Assembly: GCF_035470145.1 (NCBI RefSeq)
Contig: NZ_DATIRC010000017.1
Coordinates: 438-64,437 of the forward strand
Direction: 5' to 3'
Length of the DNA stretch: 64,000 nucleotides
Source of the DNA: Romboutsia sp.
GTDB lineage: Bacteria > Bacillota > Clostridia > Peptostreptococcales > Peptostreptococcaceae
Shown: piece after piece, positions 1 to 9,889 of the stretch
Position numbering within the stretch: position 1 is the first letter of the stretch
How the letters are laid out: every line of letters begins with the position of its first letter
Notes under the pieces: model-generated
Seen by the model: the letters and a program-made list of their open reading frames with translations, nothing else
What the model was told of the DNA's origin: nothing
The model's database searches: none
Program-made: the position numbers and the translations under genes

Positions 1-48
1 GCCCTTCTAAGGCGTGTGTCCGGGGTTCGAATCCCTGTGCGCTCACCA
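1..48 (+). tRNA. tRNA-Arg (anticodon UCU), 3' part only, truncated by window start
   Basis: Anticodon loop CTTCTAA (TCT), T-arm GGGGTTCGAATCCC, ends in encoded CCA at 46-48. Confidence 0.9.
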
Positions 49-50
49 AT

Positions 51-84
51 AAAAAAAGTTTCACTTTAGTGAAACTTTTTTTTT
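51..84 (+). terminator. Intrinsic terminator after tRNA
   Basis: AAAAAAAGTTTCAC-TTTA-GTGAAACTTTTTTTTT inverted repeat with T tract. Confidence 0.85.
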
Positions 85-186
85 ATATAATTATGGACAT
101 TATAAATAGTTTGTATATAGTTAGATTAATATAGTATAATACATAGTGTAAATAATCAAGAACTTATCAAACAGGAGGATAAAACT

Positions 187-1029
187 GTGTTGGATATAAA
201 TTCTTTTTTAGGTGATTTTTTTGACATAATTTTTAGAATGACTATAAATGATATAGTTGATATATCTATAGTTGCATACATCTTTTATAAGATATTTATG
301 TTTATAAAAGATACAAGAGCAGAGCAGGTTTTAAAAGGAATATTATTTTTATTAGTAGCAACCCAAATAAGTGAAACTTTTAAATTACATACTCTTTATT
401 GGATATTAGTCAATGCTCTTGAATTTGGAGTTATAGCTGGTCTTATAATTTTTCAACCAGAACTTAGAGCAGGGCTTGAGCATATAGGTAGAGCTAAATT
501 TAATTTCTTTATGAAAAACGGTCCCAATATATCAGAAGAAGCGATTACTAAAACAATAGAAGAAATAGTTGAAGCTTTATATTCATTATCAAGGCAAAAG
601 ATTGGCGCTCTTATTATTATGGAAAGACAGACTAAGATAGGGGATATAATAAATACAGGGACTAGTATAGATGGTGAAGCATCAAGGCAGTTATTAATAA
701 ATATATTTATCCCAAATACTCCATTGCATGATGGTGCGGTTGTTATAAGAGATTCACAAGTAAAGGCAGCAGCATGTTTCTTGCCATTAACTGAGAGTAA
801 AGACTTGAGCAAGGATTTAGGGACTAGGCATAGGGCTGGAATAGGTGTTAGTGAGGTTTCGGATTGTATATCACTTATTGTTTCAGAAGAAACAGGAGAT
901 GTATCTATAGCTAAAGCAGGGAAGCTATATAGAAATATATCCAAAGATAGAATGACAAATATACTAAGAAGTAATCTAAAAACTAAAACAGATGATAAAA
1001 ACTTTTTTAAAGGTGGTATATTCAGATGA
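187..1029 (+). CDS. cdaA: Diadenylate cyclase CdaA (DacA)
   Basis: N-terminal TM helices, DAC motifs TPLHDGAV and GTRHRA; GTG start after AGGAGG. Confidence 0.95.
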   Translation: MLDINSFLGDFFDIIFRMTINDIVDISIVAYIFYKIFMFIKDTRAEQVLKGILFLLVATQISETFKLHTLYWILVNALEFGVIAGLIIFQPELRAGLEHIGRAKFNFFMKNGPNISEEAITKTIEEIVEALYSLSRQKIGALIIMERQTKIGDIINTGTSIDGEASRQLLINIFIPNTPLHDGAVVIRDSQVKAAACFLPLTESKDLSKDLGTRHRAGIGVSEVSDCISLIVSEETGDVSIAKAGKLYRNISKDRMTNILRSNLKTKTDDKNFFKGGIFR

Positions 1030-2210
1030 TAGATAAATTTGAAAATAATACCAAGATAAAATTAATATCCCTGTTAAGTGCCATTGTATTATGGTTATAT
1101 GTTATGGCAGTAGTTGATCCAGAAGAAACTAAATTATTTGAAGATATTCCTATAACTATAAATAATATGAACCAGTTAAACGAAAAAAATCTTGTGATTT
1201 ATCCGGATACTGAGTTAACTACAGATATATATATATCTGGAAAATTGTCAAATATTAAGAAAGTTAAGAAGGAAAATATACATATATATGGTCAAATAAA
1301 TAATCCTATAGAGGGTAAAAATGAGATATATTTAAAAGCAAGCACATCTGAAAGGGTTACGCATGAATTTAAAAATAGCGTTATGATAGTTAACTTAGAG
1401 AAAGTAGTAACAGAAAAAAGAAGCATAGATATACAAGTAGAAGGTAAATCAAAAATAAATATAGATAAGGTAAGCATTGATAAAGGTCAAGATAGTATAC
1501 GTATATCAGGACCAAGAAGTTTAGTTCAACAAGTTCAAATGGTTGTAGGTATACTAGATGTAGGTTCAAAGACAAATGGATTTTCCGCTGAGATAAGTTT
1601 AAGGCCTATAGATGAAGATGGCGATGAGGTAGAAGGTGTGGAATTAGAACAATCATCAGTTATAGTAAATACAACTTTATTGAAGGAAAAAAATGTTCCT
1701 ATAAAAATAAAATTTGCTGAGGGAAACAATCCTGAAACGAATTTAAAAGATTATACATTAAGTCAGAATAATATAACTATAAAAGGCAAAAAAGAGATTA
1801 TAGATAAAATTGAATATATAGATACGCAAGTAGTAGATATAAAGGATATAGCTAATAATACTTCAAAAGATATATATTTGAATATTCCAAAAGGTGTAAT
1901 TGTAGAGAATGAGTATATTACTATAAAGCTAAATACAGTAAGCACAATTAAAGAAGAGTTTGTATATACATCAAAAGAAATTGAAATAAGAAATAATGAA
2001 AATAATATAGATATAGCAACTATAAATATACCAACTAGCGTTAAGGTTAGTATTGAGTACTTAGAGAGTGTAAGTAATATAACAAAATCAGATATAGTAT
2101 TATATATAGATTTATCCCAAGAAATTGCTGAAAGTGAGACATATGATATAAAGTATGATTTAAAATATGAGGTTAAAAATATAGTTGTTAATCCAAATCA
2201 AACATTATAA
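1026..2210 (+). CDS. cdaR: CdaA regulator, YbbR-domain protein
   Basis: N-terminal TM 'KLISLLSAIVLWLYV', overlaps cdaA stop, YbbR-like repeats, canonical position. Confidence 0.85.
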   Translation: MIDKFENNTKIKLISLLSAIVLWLYVMAVVDPEETKLFEDIPITINNMNQLNEKNLVIYPDTELTTDIYISGKLSNIKKVKKENIHIYGQINNPIEGKNEIYLKASTSERVTHEFKNSVMIVNLEKVVTEKRSIDIQVEGKSKINIDKVSIDKGQDSIRISGPRSLVQQVQMVVGILDVGSKTNGFSAEISLRPIDEDGDEVEGVELEQSSVIVNTTLLKEKNVPIKIKFAEGNNPETNLKDYTLSQNNITIKGKKEIIDKIEYIDTQVVDIKDIANNTSKDIYLNIPKGVIVENEYITIKLNTVSTIKEEFVYTSKEIEIRNNENNIDIATINIPTSVKVSIEYLESVSNITKSDIVLYIDLSQEIAESETYDIKYDLKYEVKNIVVNPNQTL

Positions 2211-2228
2211 TATAAAAAATTTTAAGTA

Positions 2229-2290
2229 AAGATGCAATAAAAAATATCGTTTTATGTAAAAAAAATGATATTTCTATTGCATCTTGTTTA
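2229..2290 (+). terminator. Long hairpin/terminator after cdaR
   Basis: AAGATGCAATA...TATTGCATCTT outer stem with imperfect inner AAATATCGTTTT/AAAATGATATTT arms. Confidence 0.6.
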
Positions 2291-2665
2291 ATTTAGTAAT
2301 ATTATAAAGATAAAGGTAAGTTGTGAATGAATAATCTGAAAAGTTAAAAAAATTTCAATAGACTAGGAAAACGTTGCTAAAACATGTATAATCTAAGTAT
2401 AAGAATATAAAGTGTAACAATTACATTTAGATTATTAGATTGTTAAAGTATTATGAATACAATGTGCTCTAAATTTAATTGATTGTCAGCATATAGCTAC
2501 ATCCTAAAATAATAAATAAATTATATCTTATAAGAATCTTATACAGATAGGAATATAAGAGATGAATATAATTATTTAAATAATTAAATTATATATTAAT
2601 TAGTACTTATAAGTAAAAAGTATAAAGATATTTTTTACTAGATGTCAAAAATGAGGTGGGAGTAT

Positions 2666-3568
2666 ATGAGAAACTTTGAAGAAGTAATAAAATTTGCAAG
2701 GGAAAGAGGCCCTAAAACTATATCAGTAGCATGCTGCCAAGATAAAGAAGTTTTAATGGCTGTTGAAATGGCAAGGAAAGAGAAAATAGCTAATGCTATT
2801 TTAGTAGGAGATATAGAAAAAACAAGGGAAATAGCAAGTAGTATAAATATAGATCTTAATAATTATGAATTAATAGATGTACAAGATTTATCAGAAGCAT
2901 CTCTAAAATCAGTTGAATTAGTATCACAAGGTAAAGCCGACATGGTAATGAAGGGATTAGTAGATACATCTATAATATTAAAAGCAGTGCTAAATAAAGA
3001 AGTTGGTTTAAGAACTGGAAATGTATTAAGTCATGTTGCAGTATTTGATGTACAAGGGTATGACAGGTTATTTTTAGTAACTGATGCAGCAATGAATTTA
3101 GCACCAGATGTAAATATTAAAAAACAAATCATAGAAAATTCATGTACAGTAGCACATTCATTAGATATAGAAAAACCAAAGGTAGCTGCATTATGTGCTA
3201 AAGAAAAAGTAAATCCTAAAATGCAAGATACAATAGATGCAAAAGAATTAGAAGAAATGTGTGAAAGAGGGGAAATCGAAGGGTGTATAGTAGGTGGACC
3301 TTTCGCATTAGATAATGCTGTATCATTAGAAGCTGCAAATCATAAAGGTATAAATCATCCAGTAGCAGGTAAAGCAGATATATTATTAGCTCCAGATATA
3401 GAAGCTGGAAATATATTATATAAGTCATTAGTATTTTTCTCAGAATCAAAAAATGCAGGACTTATAGTTGGTGCTAAAGCACCTGTAATATTAACTTCAA
3501 GAGCTGATAATGAAGAAACTAAGTTAAATTCAATAGCTTTAGGTGTATTAATGGCGGCTAAAGCTTAA
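2666..3568 (+). CDS. ptb: Phosphate butyryltransferase (branched-chain phosphotransacylase)
   Basis: Motifs MKGLVDT, GPFALDNA, PVILTSRAD; ATG 2666 follows GAGGTGGGAG; adjacent to buk. Confidence 0.93.
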   Translation: MRNFEEVIKFARERGPKTISVACCQDKEVLMAVEMARKEKIANAILVGDIEKTREIASSINIDLNNYELIDVQDLSEASLKSVELVSQGKADMVMKGLVDTSIILKAVLNKEVGLRTGNVLSHVAVFDVQGYDRLFLVTDAAMNLAPDVNIKKQIIENSCTVAHSLDIEKPKVAALCAKEKVNPKMQDTIDAKELEEMCERGEIEGCIVGGPFALDNAVSLEAANHKGINHPVAGKADILLAPDIEAGNILYKSLVFFSESKNAGLIVGAKAPVILTSRADNEETKLNSIALGVLMAAKA

Positions 3569-3588
3569 TATATTAGGGGGTAAGACAT

Positions 3589-4683
3589 ATGAATAATGTA
3601 TTTAGAATATTAACAATAAATCCTGGTTCAACATCAACTAAAATAGCTGTATTTGATAATGAGGATTTAGTATTTGAAAAAACTTTAAGACATTCTTCTG
3701 AGGAAATAGGCCAATTTGAAAAAATATCAGATCAATTTGAATTCCGTAAGAAAGTAATAGAAGAAGCATTAGATGAGGGTGGAGTAAAAATATCTGATTT
3801 ACATGCTGTAGTAGGTAGAGGAGGACTTCTTAAGCCTATACAAGGTGGAACATATGTTGTAAACGAAGCAATGATAGAAGATTTAAGAGTTGGTGTGTTA
3901 GGTGAACATGCATCAAACTTAGGTGGAATTATAGCTAAACAAATAGGGGATGAAGTTAATATACCATCATATATAGTAGACCCTGTTGTTGTTGACGAAA
4001 TGAATGAATTAGCTAGGGTATCAGGAATACCTGAAATAGATAGAAAAAGTATATTCCATGCATTAAACCAAAAAGCTACAGCTAGAAGAGCTGCTAACGA
4101 ACTAAATAAGGAATACAGTGATAGCAACTTTATAGTAGCTCATATGGGTGGAGGAATATCTGTAGGAGCTCATGAAAAAGGTAAAGTAATAGATGTTGCA
4201 AATGCTCTAGATGGGGAAGGACCATTTTCTCCAGAAAGAAGTGGTGGTTTACCAGTTGGAGACTTAGTAAAAATGTGCTTCAGCGGAAAATATACTCAAG
4301 ATGAAATTAAAAAGAGAATAAAAGGTAATGGTGGATTAGTAGGATACTTAAACACTAATGATGCTAGAGAAGTAGAAGAAAGAATAGCTAATGGTGATGA
4401 AAAAGCTAAATTAGCTTATGAAGCTATGGCTTATCAAGTAAGTAAAGAAATAGGTGCATGTGCATCTGTACTTAAAGGAAATGTAGATGCAGTGTTATTA
4501 ACTGGTGGAATAGCTTATTCTAAGTTATTTACAAGTATGATAGAAGAAAGAGTTAAATTTATCTCTGAAGTTAAAGTATATCCAGGTGAAGATGAAATGA
4601 TAGCATTAGCACAAGGAGGACTTAGAGTTCTAAATAAAGAAGAAGAACCTCAAGTATATGGTTGCAAGGTAGAGTGCATATAA
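3589..4683 (+). CDS. buk: Butyrate kinase
   Basis: [33 protein letters not shown] motifs. Confidence 0.95.
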   Translation: MNNVFRILTINPGSTSTKIAVFDNEDLVFEKTLRHSSEEIGQFEKISDQFEFRKKVIEEALDEGGVKISDLHAVVGRGGLLKPIQGGTYVVNEAMIEDLRVGVLGEHASNLGGIIAKQIGDEVNIPSYIVDPVVVDEMNELARVSGIPEIDRKSIFHALNQKATARRAANELNKEYSDSNFIVAHMGGGISVGAHEKGKVIDVANALDGEGPFSPERSGGLPVGDLVKMCFSGKYTQDEIKKRIKGNGGLVGYLNTNDAREVEERIANGDEKAKLAYEAMAYQVSKEIGACASVLKGNVDAVLLTGGIAYSKLFTSMIEERVKFISEVKVYPGEDEMIALAQGGLRVLNKEEEPQVYGCKVECI

Positions 4684-4752
4684 AAATATAGACAAGGACA
4701 TTAAACAAATAACATATATGAATTTAATTATATGACTTAATAGGTGAGATTG

Positions 4753-5430
4753 ATGATAACTAATGATAATAGAATAAGAATCATGATAGGACATTATGGA
4801 AGTGGAAAAAGTGAATTTGCTATGAACTATGTTACTAAGCTAAGAAGTGAAGTAGATGGGAAAGTCGCTTTATCTGATTTAGATGTAGTAAATGTTTATT
4901 TTAGAACAAGAGAGAAAAAAGATTTACTAAAATCTCTAGATATACTTCCTATAGATAGTTGTATAGATGCTCCAACTCTAGATTTACCAGCAATATCAGC
5001 GCAAATTGCAACACCAATAAATGATAAATCTTATAATTATGTCATGGATGTTGGTGGAGATAATGTAGGTGCTAGGGTTGTAGGAAGATTTAATCATTTA
5101 ATAGAAGAAAATGATTATGATATGTTTTGTGTAGTAAATGCAAATAGAGAGCAAACTCAGACTGCTGATAGAGTCATTGATCATATAAGAGCAATAGAAA
5201 AATCTTCAGGACTTAAGGTTACAGGTTTAGTAAATAATACACATCTTATTAGATCAACTACTGTAGATGATGTATTAAAAGGTCAAGCATTGGTATCAGA
5301 AGTATCAAAGCTATGCAACATACCAATTAAGTATGTTGTATGTATGGAAAACCTTATACCACAGTTACCGACAGATTTAGAAGGGGAAGTATTCCCTATT
5401 CAGCTTTATATGAGAGAAGCCTGGATGTAA
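4753..5430 (+). CDS. Uncharacterised P-loop ATP-binding protein (MinD/ParA/CobQ-like)
   Basis: Walker A GHYGSGKS, DLDVVNVYFR, DVGGD; start placed after AGGTGA. Confidence 0.75.
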   Translation: MITNDNRIRIMIGHYGSGKSEFAMNYVTKLRSEVDGKVALSDLDVVNVYFRTREKKDLLKSLDILPIDSCIDAPTLDLPAISAQIATPINDKSYNYVMDVGGDNVGARVVGRFNHLIEENDYDMFCVVNANREQTQTADRVIDHIRAIEKSSGLKVTGLVNNTHLIRSTTVDDVLKGQALVSEVSKLCNIPIKYVVCMENLIPQLPTDLEGEVFPIQLYMREAWM

Positions 5431-5474
5431 TTTGAGCTCAAATATATAGAAAGATTTTAAGGGGGCATAGAAAA

Positions 5475-5690
5475 ATGGCTAAAGGAAAAGTATTTTTTGA
5501 TCAAGACCTTTGTAAAGGTTGTGGATTATGCGTAGAAGCCTGTCCAGTGAAAATTGTATCGATGGATAATAGTAAAATTAATAAAAAAGGATATAATCCA
5601 GCAACAGTTGCTGATATGGATAAGTGTATAGGATGCACAAATTGTGCTACTATGTGTCCAGATTCAGTTATAACAGTAGAAAGAGACTAA
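5475..5690 (+). CDS. 2x[4Fe-4S] ferredoxin-type delta subunit of 2-oxoacid:ferredoxin oxidoreductase
   Basis: CKGCGLCVEACP and CIGCTNCATMCP motifs, operon context. Confidence 0.9.
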   Translation: MAKGKVFFDQDLCKGCGLCVEACPVKIVSMDNSKINKKGYNPATVADMDKCIGCTNCATMCPDSVITVERD

Positions 5691-5714
5691 TTACAAATAA
5701 AGGGGGCAATTTTA

Positions 5715-6791
5715 ATGGCTAAGATACTTATGAAAGGTAACGAAGCATTTGGAAAGGCAGCGATAGAAGCTGGATGCAAATATTTCTTCGGTTACCCAAT
5801 AACACCACAAAATGAATTACCAGAATACATGTCTAAAGAGTTACCTAATGTTGGAGGAGTATTCGTTCAAGCAGAATCAGAAGTTTCTGCTATAAATATG
5901 ATATATGGTGGAGCAGGAACAGGAGCTAGAGTTATGACTTCTTCATCTTCTCCAGGGATAGCGTTAAAACAAGAAGGTATAACTTATGCTGCAGGAGCTG
6001 AACTTCCTTGTGTTATAGTTAATGTAATGAGAGGTGGTCCAGGATTAGGTGGAATACAACCTTCTCAAGCTGACTACTTTATGTCTACAAGAGGTGGAGG
6101 AAATGGAGATTACAGAACTCCAGTTTATGCACCAGCTACTGTTCAAGAAGCCGTTGATATGATAATGGAAGCTTTTAATGTTGCAGATTTCTATAGAACT
6201 CCAGTTATGGTAGTTGCAGATGGTATGATAGGACAAATGATGGAGCCAGTAGAATTTAAAGCTCCTAAGACTAGAGAATTACCACCTAAAGATTGGGCAA
6301 GTGTAGGAACTAAAGGACAAAGAAAGCCTAATGTAATAAATTCATTATACTTACAACCAGATGAATTAGAAAAACACTGTATAAAGCTAGAAGCTAAGTA
6401 CAAAGAAATAGAAAAAAATGAAGTAGATTACGAAATGTACCAAACAGAAGATGCTGAATTAGTATTTGTAGCTTATGGTACTACAGCAAGAATAGTAAAA
6501 AATGCTATAGATATATTAAGAGCTGAAGGAATAAAAGCTGGTCTTATAAGACCTAAGACTTTATGGCCATTCCCATTCGAAGCATTCAATCAGATACCAG
6601 CAGCTAAAAACTTATTAACAGTTGAAATGAGTATGGGTCAAATGGTAGAAGACGTAAGATTAGCAGTTGAAGGAAGAATACCAGTACACTTCTACGGAAG
6701 AACTGGAGGAATGATACCAGATCCAGAAGGAATAGCTAACAAAGCTAAAGAAGTAGTAGAATGTGAATTAGCTGTAGGAGGTGCTAGATAA
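5715..6791 (+). CDS. vorB: 2-oxoisovalerate (2-oxoacid):ferredoxin oxidoreductase alpha subunit
   Basis: GNEA, FGYPITPQ, QAESEVSA, TSSSSPG motifs. Confidence 0.88.
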   Translation: MAKILMKGNEAFGKAAIEAGCKYFFGYPITPQNELPEYMSKELPNVGGVFVQAESEVSAINMIYGGAGTGARVMTSSSSPGIALKQEGITYAAGAELPCVIVNVMRGGPGLGGIQPSQADYFMSTRGGGNGDYRTPVYAPATVQEAVDMIMEAFNVADFYRTPVMVVADGMIGQMMEPVEFKAPKTRELPPKDWASVGTKGQRKPNVINSLYLQPDELEKHCIKLEAKYKEIEKNEVDYEMYQTEDAELVFVAYGTTARIVKNAIDILRAEGIKAGLIRPKTLWPFPFEAFNQIPAAKNLLTVEMSMGQMVEDVRLAVEGRIPVHFYGRTGGMIPDPEGIANKAKEVVECELAVGGAR

Positions 6792-7546
6792 TGTCAGTTG
6801 TATTTAAGAAAACTCAAGGTTTAACAGATGCTCAAACTCATTACTGTCCAGGATGTACTCACGGTATAATCCATAGATTAGTAGGGGAAGTATTAGAAGA
6901 ATTAGATGTGCTTGGAGATACTATAGGAGTTGCTCCAGTTGGATGTTCAGTTTTAGCGTATAACTACTTTAACTGTGATATGCAAGAAGCATCTCATGGT
7001 AGAGCACCAGCTGCTGCTACAGGAATAAAGAGAATTCTACCTGATAAAACAGTATTCACATATCAAGGAGATGGAGATTTAGCTTCAATAGGTACAGCTG
7101 AAATAGTTCATGCTGCAGCTAGAGGAGAAAAATTCACTACTATATTCGTAAATAATGCTATATACGGAATGACTGGTGGACAAATGGCTCCAACTACATT
7201 AGTTGGACAAAAAGCTACTACAGCTCCAAGAGGAAGAGAAATAGATAAACAAGGTTTCCCAATAAAAATGAGTGAAATGTTATCTACATTAGACGGAGCA
7301 GTATTTGTAGAGAGAGTTTCTGTAGATACACCTGCTAATGTTAGAAAAGCTAAAAAAGCTATAAAGAAAGCTTTCCAAGTTCAACAAGCAGGATTAGGAT
7401 TTGGTATAGTAGAAGTATTATCTACATGCCCAACTAACTGGGGAATGGCACCAAATGATTCACTACAATGGTTAAGAGACAATATGATGCCATACTATCC
7501 TTTAGGGAATATAAAAGATATTGATCTTAATGGGGAGGTGAAGTAA
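6791..7546 (+). CDS. 2-oxoacid:ferredoxin oxidoreductase beta (TPP-binding) subunit
   Basis: YCPGCTHG, GDGD...NN TPP motif, YGMTGGQ. Confidence 0.9.
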   Translation: MSVVFKKTQGLTDAQTHYCPGCTHGIIHRLVGEVLEELDVLGDTIGVAPVGCSVLAYNYFNCDMQEASHGRAPAAATGIKRILPDKTVFTYQGDGDLASIGTAEIVHAAARGEKFTTIFVNNAIYGMTGGQMAPTTLVGQKATTAPRGREIDKQGFPIKMSEMLSTLDGAVFVERVSVDTPANVRKAKKAIKKAFQVQQAGLGFGIVEVLSTCPTNWGMAPNDSLQWLRDNMMPYYPLGNIKDIDLNGEVK

Positions 7547-7547
7547 T

Positions 7548-8090
7548 ATGTCTACAGCTAGAGTAATATGTGCAGGATTCGGTGGTCAAGGTGTTATGTC
7601 TATGGGACAATTACTTACTTATGCAGGAATGCTAGAAGGTAAGGAAGTTTCTTGGTTACCATCATATGGACCAGAAATGCGTGGAGGTACAGCTAACTGT
7701 GCAGTAACTGTATCTGATAAACCAGTTGGTTCTCCTCTTATAACAGGAGATGCTACTTGTGCAATAGTTATGAACTTACCATCACTTGATAAATTTGAAG
7801 CAGAAGTTAAGCCAGGTGGAAAAATATTAGTAAACAGCTCTCTTATAGAAAGAAAAGTAGAAAGAGATGATGTTGAAGTTCACTATATACCAGCAAATGA
7901 GATAGCTTTAGAATTAGGAAATCCTAAAGTTGCAAATATGATAATGTTAGGAGCTTACTTAAAAACAAATCAAACAGTAGAAGTTGAATCAGTTTTAGAA
8001 GCTTTTAAAAAGGTATTTGGACCTAGTAAAGAAAAGTTTGTACCATTAAACAAGGAAGCTTTACAAAAAGGTGCAGAGGCTATAAAATAG
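7548..8090 (+). CDS. 2-oxoacid:ferredoxin oxidoreductase gamma subunit
   Basis: GFGGQGV, SYGPEMRGG, ANMIMLGA motifs. Confidence 0.9.
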   Translation: MSTARVICAGFGGQGVMSMGQLLTYAGMLEGKEVSWLPSYGPEMRGGTANCAVTVSDKPVGSPLITGDATCAIVMNLPSLDKFEAEVKPGGKILVNSSLIERKVERDDVEVHYIPANEIALELGNPKVANMIMLGAYLKTNQTVEVESVLEAFKKVFGPSKEKFVPLNKEALQKGAEAIK

Positions 8091-8116
8091 TATTAAAATT
8101 ATATAAAAAATTACAA

Positions 8117-8152
8117 AAAAAGGACAATAGAAATAATTCTATTGTCCTTTTT
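8117..8152 (+). terminator. Intrinsic terminator of ptb-buk-vor operon
   Basis: AAAAAGGACAATAGAA-ATAA-TTCTATTGTCCTTTTT. Confidence 0.85.
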
Positions 8153-8266
8153 GATTATATATATTAAAATGTCTTTATGGAATAAACTAGAGAATCAAGA
8201 ACATTTATATGTATATAATAATATATTATAGTTTGATGAGCTTTTCGTTATGGAAGGAGATTTTTA

Positions 8267-9613
8267 ATGAGAAAATATTTTGGAACAGACGGAGTAAGAG
8301 GTATAGCTAATACAGAACTTACTTGTGAATTGGCATATAAATTAGGGAGAGCTGGAGGTTATGTCTTAGCTCAAGGGAAAGAAAAAGTTAAAGTAGTAGT
8401 TGGAAAAGATACAAGGATATCTGGAGATATGTTAGAAGCTGCTTTAACAGCAGGGCTTATGTCTGTTGGGTGTGATGTAATTACAGTTGGAGTAGTTCCA
8501 ACACCTGCAGTTGCATATTTAACAAAAAAATATGAAGCTGATTGTGGGGTAGTTATATCAGCATCACACAACCCAGTTGAATACAATGGTATTAAATTCT
8601 TTAACAAAGATGGATATAAGTTAGATGATGAAGTTGAATTAAATATAGAAGAATATATAGACAATATAGAAAAAGTAGAGCATCATCCAGTTGGAGATAA
8701 AGTTGGTAAGAAAATACACATGCATGATGCACAAAGAGATTATATAGATTACTTAAAATCTATAATAAATGTAGATTTTAAGGGATTAAAAGTAGTTTTA
8801 GATTGTGCAAATGGGGCAGCATATAAAGTTGCACCAATAGTATTTGATGAACTAGGTGCAAGTGTAGTAACAATAAATAGTGAACCAGATGGCAATAATA
8901 TAAATGATAAGTGTGGATCAACACATCCACAAAAGTTACAAGAAGCTGTTTTGGCACACCAAGCTGACTTAGGTCTTGCATATGATGGAGATGCTGATAG
9001 ACTAATTGCTATTGATGAGAATGGAACCATTGTTGATGGAGATCATATAATGATACTAAGTGCTATATATTTAAAAAAGAAAAATAAATTAGCACAAGAT
9101 ACATTAGTAGTTACAGTAATGAGTAACATAGGACTTACTATAGCAGCTAAAGAGCATGGAGTAAAACTTGCTACTACTGCTGTAGGAGATAGATATGTTT
9201 TAGAAGAAATGAAAAATAGTGGATACAATTTAGGTGGAGAGCAATCAGGACATATGATATTCCTAGATTACAATACAACTGGTGATGGTGTTTTAAGTTC
9301 ATTAGTACTTGCTCAAATAGTACTAGAAGAAGAAAAGAAAATATCAGAACTAGCAGCAGTAATGACTCAGTACCCACAAGTACTAATTAATGCTAGGATA
9401 AAGAATGAGAATAAGAATAGATATATGGAGTATGAAGATATAAAAAGCGAAATAGAAAGAATAGAAAACTTACTAGATGGGTGTGGAAGGGTTTTAATAA
9501 GACCATCAGGTACAGAGCCGTTAGTAAGAGTTATGCTAGAGGGTAAAGAGGAAGGTCAAATAAAAGAATTAGCTACAAACTTAGCTAACCTTATACAAGA
9601 AAAACTATCGTAA
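8267..9613 (+). CDS. glmM: Phosphoglucosamine mutase
   Basis: YFGTDGVRG, ISASHNP, DGDADR, GGEQSGH, RPSGTEP. Confidence 0.97.
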   Translation: MRKYFGTDGVRGIANTELTCELAYKLGRAGGYVLAQGKEKVKVVVGKDTRISGDMLEAALTAGLMSVGCDVITVGVVPTPAVAYLTKKYEADCGVVISASHNPVEYNGIKFFNKDGYKLDDEVELNIEEYIDNIEKVEHHPVGDKVGKKIHMHDAQRDYIDYLKSIINVDFKGLKVVLDCANGAAYKVAPIVFDELGASVVTINSEPDGNNINDKCGSTHPQKLQEAVLAHQADLGLAYDGDADRLIAIDENGTIVDGDHIMILSAIYLKKKNKLAQDTLVVTVMSNIGLTIAAKEHGVKLATTAVGDRYVLEEMKNSGYNLGGEQSGHMIFLDYNTTGDGVLSSLVLAQIVLEEEKKISELAAVMTQYPQVLINARIKNENKNRYMEYEDIKSEIERIENLLDGCGRVLIRPSGTEPLVRVMLEGKEEGQIKELATNLANLIQEKLS

Positions 9614-9661
9614 TTTAAAAGTGAATACTAAGACAACAAAGTATATCTTAGCATTCACTTT

Positions 9662-9822
9662 ATAAGCGCCAGAACTTAGTAATCAAATAGATATTAGATA
9701 ACATTAGTACTGAGTTGACGAGGTCAGAGTTTATCGAATTATCGGCGGATGCTCTGCGGTGTGTTTACCATCGTGAGGACTTCCTTAAATCATAGAAGTA
9801 ATTTTATGGACAAAGGGAAGTT
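9662..9822 (+). ncRNA. glmS ribozyme (GlcN6P-activated self-cleaving riboswitch)
   Basis: AAGCGCCAGAACT...AGTTGACGAGG...TTATCGAA...TCGGCGGATG core, P4-like ACTTCCTT/AAGGGAAGT, upstream of glmS; predicted cleavage between A9665 and G9666. Confidence 0.93.
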
Positions 9823-9889
9823 TAAGTGAACAATATGACCTAACTCTAAAAATATATAAAATAATAATATTTTTAGGAGGAATTTTAAT

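Noticed and set aside
1-186. tRNA 3' end as an integration site for a genomic island
   Set aside because: Followed directly by its terminator and core gene cdaA; no integrase or duplicated att seen in the window
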